A stretch of DNA of 64,000 bases from Thermoanaerobaculaceae bacterium (lineage in GTDB: Bacteria; Acidobacteriota; Thermoanaerobaculia; Multivoradales; UBA5704): contig CAWAUI010000004.1 in assembly GCA_963785165.1 (NCBI GenBank), forward strand, positions 13,321 to 77,320, written 5' to 3'. Of the stretch, positions 9,293 to 18,406 are shown in pieces. How positions within the stretch are numbered: the first letter of the stretch is position 1; each line of letters opens with the position of its first letter. Both the position numbers and the translations under genes were made by a program. Below the pieces are notes generated by a model, which was given only the letters and a program-made list of their open reading frames with translations, was not told the origin of the DNA and made no database searches.

Positions 9293-10348
9293 CTACCGGA
9301 CCTGAACGATGTCCAGCGGGGTCGGAATGAAGGACAGGACGAACATGACGAGGGCGAACCAGGCCAGGAGGCGCCGCTTGCGGTCCAGCGGCTCGCTCTC
9401 GTCGTAGACGGGGGAATGGCGGAGGCCGATCAGCAGCACGATGAAACACCAGAGGAGCCAGCCGCGCCAGAGGAAGGTTCCCATCAGTCCCAGGATCAGC
9501 CAGAGGGGGAGGGCGAGGCGGCGCTGGAGCCGGCCGGTGGCGGCGTAGAGGATGTGCCCGCCGTCGAGCTGGCCCATGGGGAGGAGGTTGATGGCCGTGG
9601 CCAGCAACCCGAGCCAGGCGCCCAGGGCCACCGGGTGGAAGTTGAGGATCATTCCCGGGGCCAGCCGGCCATGGAAAAGCCAGGTTGCGAGCTGGATGGC
9701 AAGGGAAGAGCCCATGAGGTAGACGTGGGGACCGGTACCGTCTCCTCCCGGAACCACGTCCAGGCGCGCGGGGTGGGAATGGGCGACGCCCCAGAGGAGG
9801 AAGGGGACGAGGATCACGAAGCCGGCGATGGGGCCGGCGATCCCCACGTCGAAAAGCTGGCGCTTGTTCAAGAGGGGCGCCTTGATCTTGATGAACGCTC
9901 CGAAGGTGCCGAAGTTCAGGGGCACGGGGAGGAAGTAAGGGAGAGTGCAGGGGAGGCCATACCGGCGGCAGGCCACGTAATGCCCCATCTCGTGGGCGAG
10001 CAGAATGGTGAGCGCCGTCAGGGAGAACAGGAATCCCATGTGCAGCAATTCGGGGGTCTGCCAGACGCCGGCCACGGTCCGCGGCTCGAGCCAGGGGGCG
10101 AGATCGGTGCTCACGTCCGTCCGGCTGAGGACGATCATCACCGGCCCCAGGGTGGTGGTGCAGGCGAACGTCATCACGAAGAGCAGCAGGGCCAGGCCGT
10201 AGCGCGGCCGGGAGGTTCTCTGGAGGGCGGAGGCGGGGGCGTAGAGGTCCCCGGGAGCGGGGACCAGCTCGATGACCGGAGACGCGGGCGGGGACGCGGG
10301 ATTTGAGAACGGCGAAGCCTGCCGCCAGTCGCGGGGTCCGTCGCTCAT
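9293..10348 (-). CDS. Site-2 protease (M50) membrane metalloprotease
   Basis: HEMGH, AGPIAG, NLLPMGQLDGGH. Confidence 0.93.
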   Translation of the reverse strand: MSDGPRDWRQASPFSNPASPPASPVIELVPAPGDLYAPASALQRTSRPRYGLALLLFVMTFACTTTLGPVMIVLSRTDVSTDLAPWLEPRTVAGVWQTPELLHMGFLFSLTALTILLAHEMGHYVACRRYGLPCTLPYFLPVPLNFGTFGAFIKIKAPLLNKRQLFDVGIAGPIAGFVILVPFLLWGVAHSHPARLDVVPGGDGTGPHVYLMGSSLAIQLATWLFHGRLAPGMILNFHPVALGAWLGLLATAINLLPMGQLDGGHILYAATGRLQRRLALPLWLILGLMGTFLWRGWLLWCFIVLLIGLRHSPVYDESEPLDRKRRLLAWFALVMFVLSFIPTPLDIVQVR

Positions 10349-10376
10349 CTCGTCTCTTGGAGGGGAAGCGTCCCGC

Positions 10377-10643
10377 TCAGAGGTTCTTCAGGTCCTTGCC
10401 GGGCTTGAAGCGGACGGTCTTGCCGGGGGAGATGGCGACTTCCACGCCGGTCTTGGGATTGCGGCCGACGCCTTTTTTGCGGTCCCGCACCTGAAATACA
10501 CCGAACCCCCGAAGCTCGATGCGCTTGCCTTCGCAGAGCGCATCTTTCATGGCGTCGATGATGGTGTCGACGGCCTGCGCCGCCTTCACCCGGGGGACGT
10601 CTGTGATTTCCGCGACGCGGTCGACGATGTCCGACTTGATCAT
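10377..10643 (-). CDS. HU/IHF family DNA-binding protein
   Basis: IELRGFGVF, GRNPKTG, VRFKPGKDLK. Confidence 0.96.
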   Translation of the reverse strand: MIKSDIVDRVAEITDVPRVKAAQAVDTIIDAMKDALCEGKRIELRGFGVFQVRDRKKGVGRNPKTGVEVAISPGKTVRFKPGKDLKNL

Positions 10644-10710
10644 TGCGGCTCCGAAACGGGGGCGAGTCTAACAACGGGTCAGAAGAAGTGTCAACAAACG
10701 GAAATCTCTC

Positions 10711-12191
10711 TCACGGCTTGGCTTCGCCGCGCTTCTTCTGGAGGATGGCCCGCTCCACCGCGTCGGTGGCGAGGGCGGCCAGGCGCTGCAACAGGGAGAA
10801 GCTCGACGGGTTGGGTGGCGCCGTCGGCGTAAAGGACGATCACCAGCCGGTCCTTGATGCGCACGGGCAACAGGACGCAGTCGCGCGGCAGGTCGCCGCC
10901 CCAGGTGCGGGCGAGCTGGCGGTGGGCCGGCATGGGCGGCAGGGGGCCGAGGTAGAGGCTGTTGCCCTGGCGCAGGTTCAAGAAGATGGAGGGTTGGTCG
11001 AAACCGATGGAGAAGGCGGCGAAGGCGTCGCGGTCGATGCCCGTGCCGTGGACCTTCCAGCCGGTGACGCGGTCGCGGGTGACCTGGAAGAGGGCGGCCC
11101 GGCGGTGGTCGCGGCCCAGGAAGCCGAGGAGGATCTGGCCGACCTCGTCGAGGCTGCGGTTGGCCCTGGTGAGCTCGGTCTCGACGTCGTCGAGGTTGAC
11201 GGGCACGGGCAGGGAGCGGTCGGCCGAGGCAGGCTCCACCCAGGAGAAGGCGCCGAGGCTCGGCCCGTTCTTCGGGCGTGAGGGAGACGGAGAGCACCTT
11301 GGGCGGCGGCACGGGCCGGGGCGCCGCGGGCTCCGGAGCCGGCTCCACGAGGGAGGCGGCGGCCGTTGCAGGGGCTGGTGCTGCCCGGGCGGCGATGGGA
11401 ACCGGGGGCGCCGGCGAGGCGGCGGGCGCGGGCTTGAGGATCGGCGGCATCTGCAGAGCCGGGGCCGGTCCGGCAAACACGGGCGCCGGCTCCATGCCCC
11501 GGTCGGGCCGGTTGGTCCAGTCGGGCCGGTTGGTCCAGTCGGGCCGGTTGGGCCGGTTGGGCCGGCCCGGTGCGATTGCGGGCACGTCCCCGAAGAGCGG
11601 CATCGACAGCTCCGGCAGCGGCGGCGGCGGCTTCATCTTGGGCGGCGCCGTGAACAGGCTTTCGAAATTGGGCATCGGGGCGGGCTCGGGTGCCGGCTCG
11701 GCTTTGTCCCACAGGAAGCGGGCCCGGTTGAGCCGGTCGAGGATGGTGCCGTAGCGCGAAGGGCACTCCTCGCCGTAGTGCCGTTCGAGAGCCTCGAACA
11801 CCCGCACCTCGCCGGCCACGTAGACCTTGACGCGCTTGCCGGAGGCGAAGGCGATCTCGTCCTGGGCGGCAAGGTTTCGTGGGTCCATCAAGGCGAGGTC
11901 GAGCCGGCCGCCTTCGACCCGGAAGGGGACGGCACGCAGGCGGCGGGCGAGCTTGTCGGAGATCAGGCCCAGGACTTCCTCGGGGATGCCGCGCAGGTCG
12001 TCGATCTCCACCGGGGGGACGCCCAGTTGCTCGGAGAGGCCTTTCAGCAGCAGATCTTCACGCAGGGCGTCCATCTCGAGCAGGCAGGTGCCGAGCCGGC
12101 CGCCGGCCACGTTCTGGTTCTTCAGGGCGCGTGTCAGTTGCTGGACCGTGATCCAGCCGCGCGCCACGAGGAGCTGTCCGAGCTTCGCCAT
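10711..12191 (-). CDS. MshEN/T2SSE-N domain protein with Pro-rich linker and GAF-like C-terminus (frameshifts near 11260 and 10800)
   Basis: KLGQLLVARGWITVQQLTRALKNQ...RLGTCLLEM tandem MshEN motifs, LARRLRAVPF, LALMDPRNL. No ATPase domain seen. Confidence 0.75.
11499..11570 (-). repeat. In-frame 9/18-bp tandem repeat (PNRPNRPDWTNRPDWTNRPDR)
   Basis: gtcgggccggttggtcca x2 plus gggccggtt units. Confidence 0.85.
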
Positions 12192-12294
12192 GCTTCTAAA
12201 TAGTTCACTTTCCTGCACTTAAGCACAAGGGCGACATTATAGGGGTGCCTCGACAGCCTTGTAAAGCGCCCGGGGGCGCTGTTATTCTGGCATC

Positions 12295-14274
12295 GTGAAG
12301 CGCTTTATCCCCGCGGTTTCGGCCGCATGTTTCGCTTTCTTCTCCCTCTCCGCCAACTCTGCTGACGCCGCCGCGCCGGACGGCATCCAGCCTCCTGCGC
12401 AGCCTCCCACGGCCTCGTATCAGTTCGCGCTCGGCAAGCTGCTCGCCGTCGAGGGGTCGGTCAACGACGCCATGGCCGCCTTCGAGGAGGCGGAGACGAT
12501 GGCGCCGGACTCGCGCGAGACGGCCTACGTGCTGCTGGAGCACTCGCAGCTCCTGGCGCGCATGGCCCAGTACGCCCGCAACCCGGCGGCGCGCGACGAG
12601 TCGCTGCGCAAGGCGGGAGAGAAGGTGCAGGCGGCCCGCCGCCTGGCGCCGGAGAACCTGGACGTGCTGCGCGGCGTGGGCGACGTCTACATGGAGCTCG
12701 CCGCCAACGATCCGGCAGCCCTGGCCACGGCCCGCGACGCCCTGGAAGCCGTGCGCAAGCGCGACCGCAACGACGCGCCGACCTTCCTCACCCTGGGCCG
12801 GATCTACCTGGACCAGGAGCAGCCGGCCAAGGCCGCCGAGGTCTTCCAGGAGCTGATCGACAACATCCCCCAGCAGCGCACGGCCTATGCCCTGCTCGTC
12901 GAGTCGCTCATGCGCTCCGGCAAGCAGCCGGAGGCCGAGAAGGCCCTGGAGGAGATCCTCACCTTCGACCCCGCCTCGCTGGAGGCGCGGCTCACCCTGG
13001 CCGACCTCCAGAGCCGCCGGGGCGACGCGCAGGCCGTGCTGGCCACCCTGCGCGGCGCTCCCGAAGAGGTGCGCGGCGATCCGCGCCTGGAGCGCCAACT
13101 CGCCTGGGCCCTCTACCAGGGGGGGGACCTGGAGGCGGCGCTCGAGGAAGTGGACCGGCTGACGGGCAAGGATCCGGACAGCCAGGCCCTCGCCCTGCTG
13201 CGCGGCCTCGTGGTGGCCGCCCAGGGGAACAACGAAGAGGCCATCGAGCTGCTCTCCAAGGTGCGGGCGGCCCAGCCGCAGGATTCCGGTGTCGCCCTGG
13301 CTCTGTCGCACGTGATGCAGCGCGCCGGCCGCCGTGTCGACGCCGTGGCCCTGCTCATCACCCTCGCCGAGAGCCTGGAGAAGGACAACAAGAAGCAGGA
13401 GGCCCAGGAGATCCGCCTGGAGGCCGCCCAGATCCACTTCGACGCCAAGGAGTGGGACCGGACGGTGGAAGTGCTGAAGCCCGTGGCCGGCTCGGAGGAG
13501 CCGGCGCTCCACGCCCAGGCCGTGCTCCTGCAGGCGGACGCGCTGGCCCGGGGCGGCCACACCGCCGAGGCCCTGGACCTGCTCTCCCGCGAGAAGGATT
13601 CGCCGGCCGTGGCGAGCCGCCGGGCCGAGGTGCTGGTGCGTGCGGGGCGTGACGAGGAGGCGGGCCAAGCCTTCGCCACTCTGGCCGAGGCCGGGGGCGC
13701 GTCCGCCCTGGCCGCGGCCCAGGGCTTCCAGCGGCTGGACCGCTACGAAGAGTCGATCCCGATCCTGGAAAAGCTCACCGTGGACCGCCCCGACCAGGCC
13801 GTCACCGGCTTTCTCCTGGGTGCGGCCTATGAGCGTACGGGGAAGCGGGACAAGGCGATCGGCGAGTTCCGCCGGATCCTCGAATTGGAACCGGATTTTC
13901 ACGCCGCGCTCAATTATCTCGGATACACTTTCGCGGAATCGGGGACGAACCTCGAGGAAGCCCTGAGCCTGGTGAGCCGGGCCGTGGCCCTCGACCCCGA
14001 CAACGGCGCGTACGTGGATTCGCTGGGTTGGACGTATTACCGACTCGGACGCCCGGAGCAGGCCCGCGGTTATCTGGAGCGGGCCTCCCGTCTCGAGCCC
14101 GAGGACGCGACGCTGCAGGAGCATCTGGGAGATGTCTATGTTGCGTTGGGGCAGACGGAGAGGGCACGCCAGGCCTACCAGAGGGCGCTCGACATCGGAG
14201 CCGGCGGCGCCGAAAAGCCCGAAGAGCTGGAAAAGATCCGGCGCAAGCTGGAGGATCTGGGCAAGCCCAAGTGA
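12295..14274 (+). CDS. Exported tetratricopeptide repeat protein
   Basis: Signal peptide, ALNYLGYTFAE...ALDPDNGAYVDSLGWTYYRLG, as in the TPR gene usually found upstream of lolB. Confidence 0.9.
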   Translation: MKRFIPAVSAACFAFFSLSANSADAAAPDGIQPPAQPPTASYQFALGKLLAVEGSVNDAMAAFEEAETMAPDSRETAYVLLEHSQLLARMAQYARNPAARDESLRKAGEKVQAARRLAPENLDVLRGVGDVYMELAANDPAALATARDALEAVRKRDRNDAPTFLTLGRIYLDQEQPAKAAEVFQELIDNIPQQRTAYALLVESLMRSGKQPEAEKALEEILTFDPASLEARLTLADLQSRRGDAQAVLATLRGAPEEVRGDPRLERQLAWALYQGGDLEAALEEVDRLTGKDPDSQALALLRGLVVAAQGNNEEAIELLSKVRAAQPQDSGVALALSHVMQRAGRRVDAVALLITLAESLEKDNKKQEAQEIRLEAAQIHFDAKEWDRTVEVLKPVAGSEEPALHAQAVLLQADALARGGHTAEALDLLSREKDSPAVASRRAEVLVRAGRDEEAGQAFATLAEAGGASALAAAQGFQRLDRYEESIPILEKLTVDRPDQAVTGFLLGAAYERTGKRDKAIGEFRRILELEPDFHAALNYLGYTFAESGTNLEEALSLVSRAVALDPDNGAYVDSLGWTYYRLGRPEQARGYLERASRLEPEDATLQEHLGDVYVALGQTERARQAYQRALDIGAGGAEKPEELEKIRRKLEDLGKPK

Positions 14275-14294
14275 ACGGGGGCGCCTTGCCTGTG

Positions 14295-14389
14295 CGACCT
14301 CACCCCCGGCCCCTCTCCTAAAGGAGAGGGGAGACAAGCGCACTTCTTCAAAGCCCCTCTCCTTCAGGAGAGGGGTTGGGGTGAGGTCG
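14295..14389. repeat. REP-like palindromic element, same family as 188-379
   Basis: cgacctcacccccggcccctctcct ... aggagaggggttggggtgaggtcg inverted ends, with two internal CCCCTCTCC/GGAGAGGGG hairpins. Confidence 0.85.
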
Positions 14390-15115
14390 TTCGTGGCGCT
14401 CCTTTCCCTTTCTCTCCTCGCCGGCTGCGCCGGCACCCGCACCCCCTCGCCCCGCCCCCTCCCCGCCACCGCCCTCACGCCCTGGCAGATCCCCCAGGGC
14501 GCCTACGGCTCCCAGAGGCTCTACCGGGTCGCCTATTCGGGCCCGGAAGGGGAAGGCTCCTTCCGTGTCAGCCTGCGCCTGGCCACGTCGGCCCGCTACC
14601 AGCTTCAGGCCGTCGATCCCGTGGGCCGGTCGCTCTGGAGCCTCGACGTCTCCAACGATTCCGGGCTCTGGCTCAACCACCGCAACAAGACCTATTGCCT
14701 GTTCGAGGGGCGGTTCGACGTCGCGGGCGTGCCCCTGGGGCCGTTCCCTCTGCTGTCCCTGCCCTCTCTGCTCTTGGGGCGGGTGCCCGCCGAGCCGGCC
14801 GCGGGGACGCCGGGCGCCGAGCCCAGGGGGCGGGAGTTTGATTTCCGCGATCCCACCAACCGCCGCTGGTACGGCACTCTCGGCGAAGAGGGGATCGTGC
14901 TCAACTGGACCCTGGCGGAGGACAGCTCGCCCAAGGTCTGGTGGATCCGGCGCGAGGACTGGGCCATCCTCTCCGACCGGGACCGTGGCGTGCAGGTGCG
15001 CTGGCGCGAGATGGTGCGGGAGAACCTGGACCAGGAGCCGCCCCGCCTGGAAGCTCCCGCGGGCTACCGCGAGGTGCCGTGCGGCGAGCAGGAAGTCCCG
15101 GAGCCGGACGAGTAG
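14381..15115 (+). CDS. Lipoprotein, LolB-like
   Basis: GTG start gives MRSFVALLSLSLLAGC lipobox. Beta-rich body; follows the TPR gene, the position lolB occupies in Proteobacteria. Confidence 0.6.
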   Translation: MRSFVALLSLSLLAGCAGTRTPSPRPLPATALTPWQIPQGAYGSQRLYRVAYSGPEGEGSFRVSLRLATSARYQLQAVDPVGRSLWSLDVSNDSGLWLNHRNKTYCLFEGRFDVAGVPLGPFPLLSLPSLLLGRVPAEPAAGTPGAEPRGREFDFRDPTNRRWYGTLGEEGIVLNWTLAEDSSPKVWWIRREDWAILSDRDRGVQVRWREMVRENLDQEPPRLEAPAGYREVPCGEQEVPEPDE

Positions 15116-15404
15116 GTCTCCCTTTTCGCCCGTTCCCGCACTCTCTTGACAGAACCTGATCCTGGAGACCGCCCCGGATGCTCCCGGGAGGTTCCGTCAG
15201 TATATAATGCCTGGATTGATGCCGACGCGTGTATAGGGGCGGCCTTCCGGGGAGGGAAACGAGGCCAGATCTTGGCTGCCGTTTTGCCGCCTCGGAGGAG
15301 AATGCCGCCAGAACGCTGACCGGGACAGAGAGCCTCGGACGCGGCGGGCGGATGTTGGTACACGCCGAGGAACGACCAGGGATGACCCGGAGAGGACGCG
15401 TAAC

Positions 15405-15830
15405 ATGGAGATCACAGAGGTCAAGGTCTTTCCGATTCAGGAAGAGAAGCTGAAGGCGTTCGTCTCGATCGTGTTTGATCATTGTTTCATGGTCAACGAC
15501 ATCAAGATCATCCAGGGGCGGGACGGGCTGTTCATCAGCATGCCGAGCCGGAAGAAGAAGAACGGCGAGTTCAAGGACGTCGCCCATCCGCTCAACAACG
15601 AGACGCGGCGGATGATCGAGGAGAAAGTTCTGGCCGAGTACGACAACGCCCTCGAGGGCCGCGGCGAGCCGCCGGCGGACCGGGGAGAGCGGGCCCAGCG
15701 AATTCCGGGCACCGGCGAGGAGGCGATGCCCCTCGCGGCGGCCGCCGCGGCGCCGGTCCCTCCGGTTCCGGAGAAGAGCCTGGAGGAGGTCGAGGAGATG
15801 CACCTTCGCGATTCCTTCTGGACCGTGTAA
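15405..15830 (+). CDS. spoVG: SpoVG nucleic-acid-binding regulator with C-terminal extension
   Basis: MEITEVKVF...LKAFVSIVFD...GLFISMPSRK...FKDVAHPLN. Confidence 0.96.
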   Translation: MEITEVKVFPIQEEKLKAFVSIVFDHCFMVNDIKIIQGRDGLFISMPSRKKKNGEFKDVAHPLNNETRRMIEEKVLAEYDNALEGRGEPPADRGERAQRIPGTGEEAMPLAAAAAAPVPPVPEKSLEEVEEMHLRDSFWTV

Positions 15831-15868
15831 GCTTACGCCCCTGTCCCGCGGTCCCTGGCCGCGGGAGC

Positions 15869-15943
15869 TGGGGCGTCGCCAAGCGGTAAGGCACCAGACT
15901 TTGACTCTGGCATCCGGAGGTTCGAATCCTCCCGCCCCAACCA
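15869..15943 (+). tRNA. tRNA-Gln (anticodon TTG)
   Basis: Acceptor TGGGGCG/CGCCCCA, anticodon arm CCAGA-CTTTGAC-TCTGG, GTTCGAATC T-loop, encoded CCA. Confidence 0.98.
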
Positions 15944-16019
15944 CGGCTCGAGCACGAAAACAACGGCCCTATCTTCGTGCATTCGTGTAAGCCCCGCTCC
16001 CGGGCGAGCGAGGGGAAAC

Positions 16020-16962
16020 ATGGCGGGCGAACTGAAAGTCTTTGGTGGACGTGCCCACCCGGCGCTGGTGGCCGAGATCTGTGACTCGCTGAACATCGAG
16101 TCCGGCAAGGTGACGGCGTACAACTTCTCCGACGGCGAGACGTTCTGCCAGATCGACGAGAACGTGCGCGGCTCGGACGTCTTCGTCGTCCAGCCGACCA
16201 GCAACCCGGTCAACGAGAACCTGATGGAGCTGTTGATCATGCTCGACAGCTTCAAGCGCTCCTCGGCCTCGCGGGTGACGGCGGTCATCCCCTATTACGG
16301 CTACGCCCGGCAGGACAAGAAGGACAAGCCGCGGGTGCCGATCACGGCCAAGCTGGTGGCCGACCTGATCTCGCGCGCCGGGGCCGACCGCGTGCTGACC
16401 CTCGACCTTCACGCCGACCAGATCCAGGGCTTCTTCGACATTCCGGTGGACCACCTCTTCGCGGCGCCCGTCCTCCTGGACGCGGTGCGCGAGATGAAGA
16501 TCCCCGACCTGGTGGTGGTCTCCCCCGACGCCGGCGGCGTCGAGCGCGCGCGGGCCATCGCCAAGCGCCTGGGCGCGGGTCTGGCCATCATCGACAAGCG
16601 CCGCACGGCCCCCAACACGGCCGAGGTCATGCATCTGATCGGCGACGTGGAAGGCTGCAACGCCTTGATCGTCGACGACATCATCGACACCGCCGGCACC
16701 CTGACCAAGACCGTCGACGCCCTGAAGGAAAAGGGCGCCAAGCGGATCCTGGCGGCGGGCGTGCACGGCGTCCTCTCCGGGCCGGCGGTCCAGCGCATCT
16801 CGGACTCGTTGCCTGGAGTCCGTCCTGATCACCAATACGACGCCGTTGGAAGAGAAGCTCGCCCGGCTGCCGAAGCTGCGGGCCCTCTCGGTCGCGCCGC
16901 TTCTGGGCGAGGCCATCCGCCGGATCCACGAGAACAGCTCCGTGAGCTCCCTCTTCGTCTGA
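16020..16962 (+). CDS. prs: Ribose-phosphate pyrophosphokinase (frameshift near 16810)
   Basis: FSDGE, YYGYARQD, VVSPDAGG, IVDDIIDTAGT. C-terminus ENSSVSSLFV* is in the shifted frame. Confidence 0.96.
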
Positions 16963-16995
16963 AGAGACCTGTTTTGAACCGAAGCGAGGAAAACC

Positions 16996-17621
16996 ATGAG
17001 TGAAACGATGACGATCGAAGTGAATCCCCGGGAGCAGACCGGGAAGAACGCCAACCGGCGGTCGCGCGCGGCCGGCAAGATCCCGGCCGTGGTCTATGGC
17101 GGCGGCAAGGAGAGCGTGGCCATCGAGGTGGACCGCAAGATGCTGGTCGACACCATGAAGGGGCACTCGGGCGAGAACCCGATCTTCCTTCTGAAGCTCG
17201 GCGACAAGGAGCGGCACGCCATGATCCGCAACCTGCAGACCGATCCGGTCAGCCGCAAGGTGATCCACATCGACTTCCAGCGCGTGCTGATGGACCAGAA
17301 GGTCCGCGTGGCCGTGCCCGGTCGAGCTGCACCGGCACTCCCTACGGCGTCAAGACCGAGGGCGGCATGCTGGACTTCGTCATCCGCGAGATCCACGTCG
17401 AGTGCCTGCCGGCCGACATCCCGAAGCACTTGAGCGTCGACGTCGCCGGCCTTCACCTGGGCCAGCACGTCGAGGTCAAGGACCTCCAGGTCCCGGACAA
17501 CGTCCTGATCCTCGACGACGCGGAGCGCGTCATCGCCTCCGTGGGCCACCATGGCACCAAGGATGCCGACGAGGCTGCCGCGGCGGAGCCCGAGGTCATC
17601 AAGAAGACGAAGGGCGAGTAG
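16996..17621 (+). CDS. rplY: 50S ribosomal protein L25/Ctc (frameshift near 17320-17340)
   Basis: GKIPAVVYGGG, HIDFQRV, then IHVECLPADIP...VDVAGLHLG. Confidence 0.95.
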
Positions 17622-17636
17622 GGCTCGCCGGGCCGC

Positions 17637-18248
17637 ATGCACCTCATCCTCGGGTTGGGCAACCCGGGCGAGGAGTACCACGCCACCCGCCACAACGTGG
17701 GCTTCCGGGTGGTCGAGGAGCTCGCCCGGCGTTGGCAGGTCCCCCTCGACCGCCTGGACTGCAACTCCCTCACCGGCCGCGGGCTGGCCGGGGAGGCTGG
17801 GCTTGTTGGGGATCAATCTGCGCTCGATGGGGATCGAACCGTGTTGCTCGCCCAGCCCCAGACCTACATGAACCGCAGCGGCTACGCCGCCCGCTGCTTC
17901 GCCGAGCGTTACGCCATCGACCCGGCCGCGGTGCTGGTGGTCTACGACGAGATCAACCTCCCCCTGGGCAAGTTGCGCCTGCGCCGTTCCGGCAGCCCCG
18001 CCGGGCACCGGGGCCTGGAGTCGGTGATCGAGAACCTGCGCACGGCCGAGGTGCCCCGCCTGCGCTTGGGCGTCGCCCCGGAAGGGGGGCGGCCCGTGGG
18101 CGGGGAAGACCTCGTCGATTTCGTCCTCTCCCCCTTCGCGCCGGACGAGCTGGAGCCGGTGGCGGAGATGGTGCACAGGGCCGCGGACGCCTGCGAGGCC
18201 TGGGTGAAGGAAGGGGTCGAGGCGGCCATGGGCCGGTTCAACGGGTAG
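17637..18248 (+). CDS. pth: Peptidyl-tRNA hydrolase
   Basis: LGLGNPG...TRHNVGF, PQTYMNRSG, VVYDEINLPLG. Confidence 0.97.
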   Translation: MHLILGLGNPGEEYHATRHNVGFRVVEELARRWQVPLDRLDCNSLTGRGLAGEAGLVGDQSALDGDRTVLLAQPQTYMNRSGYAARCFAERYAIDPAAVLVVYDEINLPLGKLRLRRSGSPAGHRGLESVIENLRTAEVPRLRLGVAPEGGRPVGGEDLVDFVLSPFAPDELEPVAEMVHRAADACEAWVKEGVEAAMGRFNG

Positions 18249-18308
18249 GGTACGGGAAATTTTCTGGGGAAAGGGGCGGTTGATTCTTTCGATGCGCGTC
18301 AGGTAGAA

Positions 18309-18337
18309 TTGACACCCCGGCGCCTGCGTCATAGAGT
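18309..18337 (+). promoter_or_regulatory. Sigma70-type promoter
   Basis: TTGACA (18309-18314), 17 bp, TAGAGT (18332-18337). A second overlapping candidate is TTGATT-18 bp-TAGAAT at 18280-18309. Confidence 0.6.
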
Positions 18338-18358
18338 TCACCAACAAGGAGACCGAAC

Positions 18359-18397
18359 GTGATTCCAGTGCGTGAAGGCGATATCGGCGGCGGATAG
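18359..18397 (+). CDS. Putative 12-aa micropeptide MIPVREGDIGGG
   Basis: AAGGAG SD at 18346-18351, 7-nt spacer, GTG start, TAG stop, directly downstream of the promoter. Confidence 0.4.
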   Translation: MIPVREGDIGGG

Positions 18398-18406
18398 TGG
18401 TTGGGT

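Noticed and set aside
17780-17840. Short insertion with atypical codons in pth
   Set aside because: It falls in a variable loop and has no repeat boundaries; too weak without an alignment.
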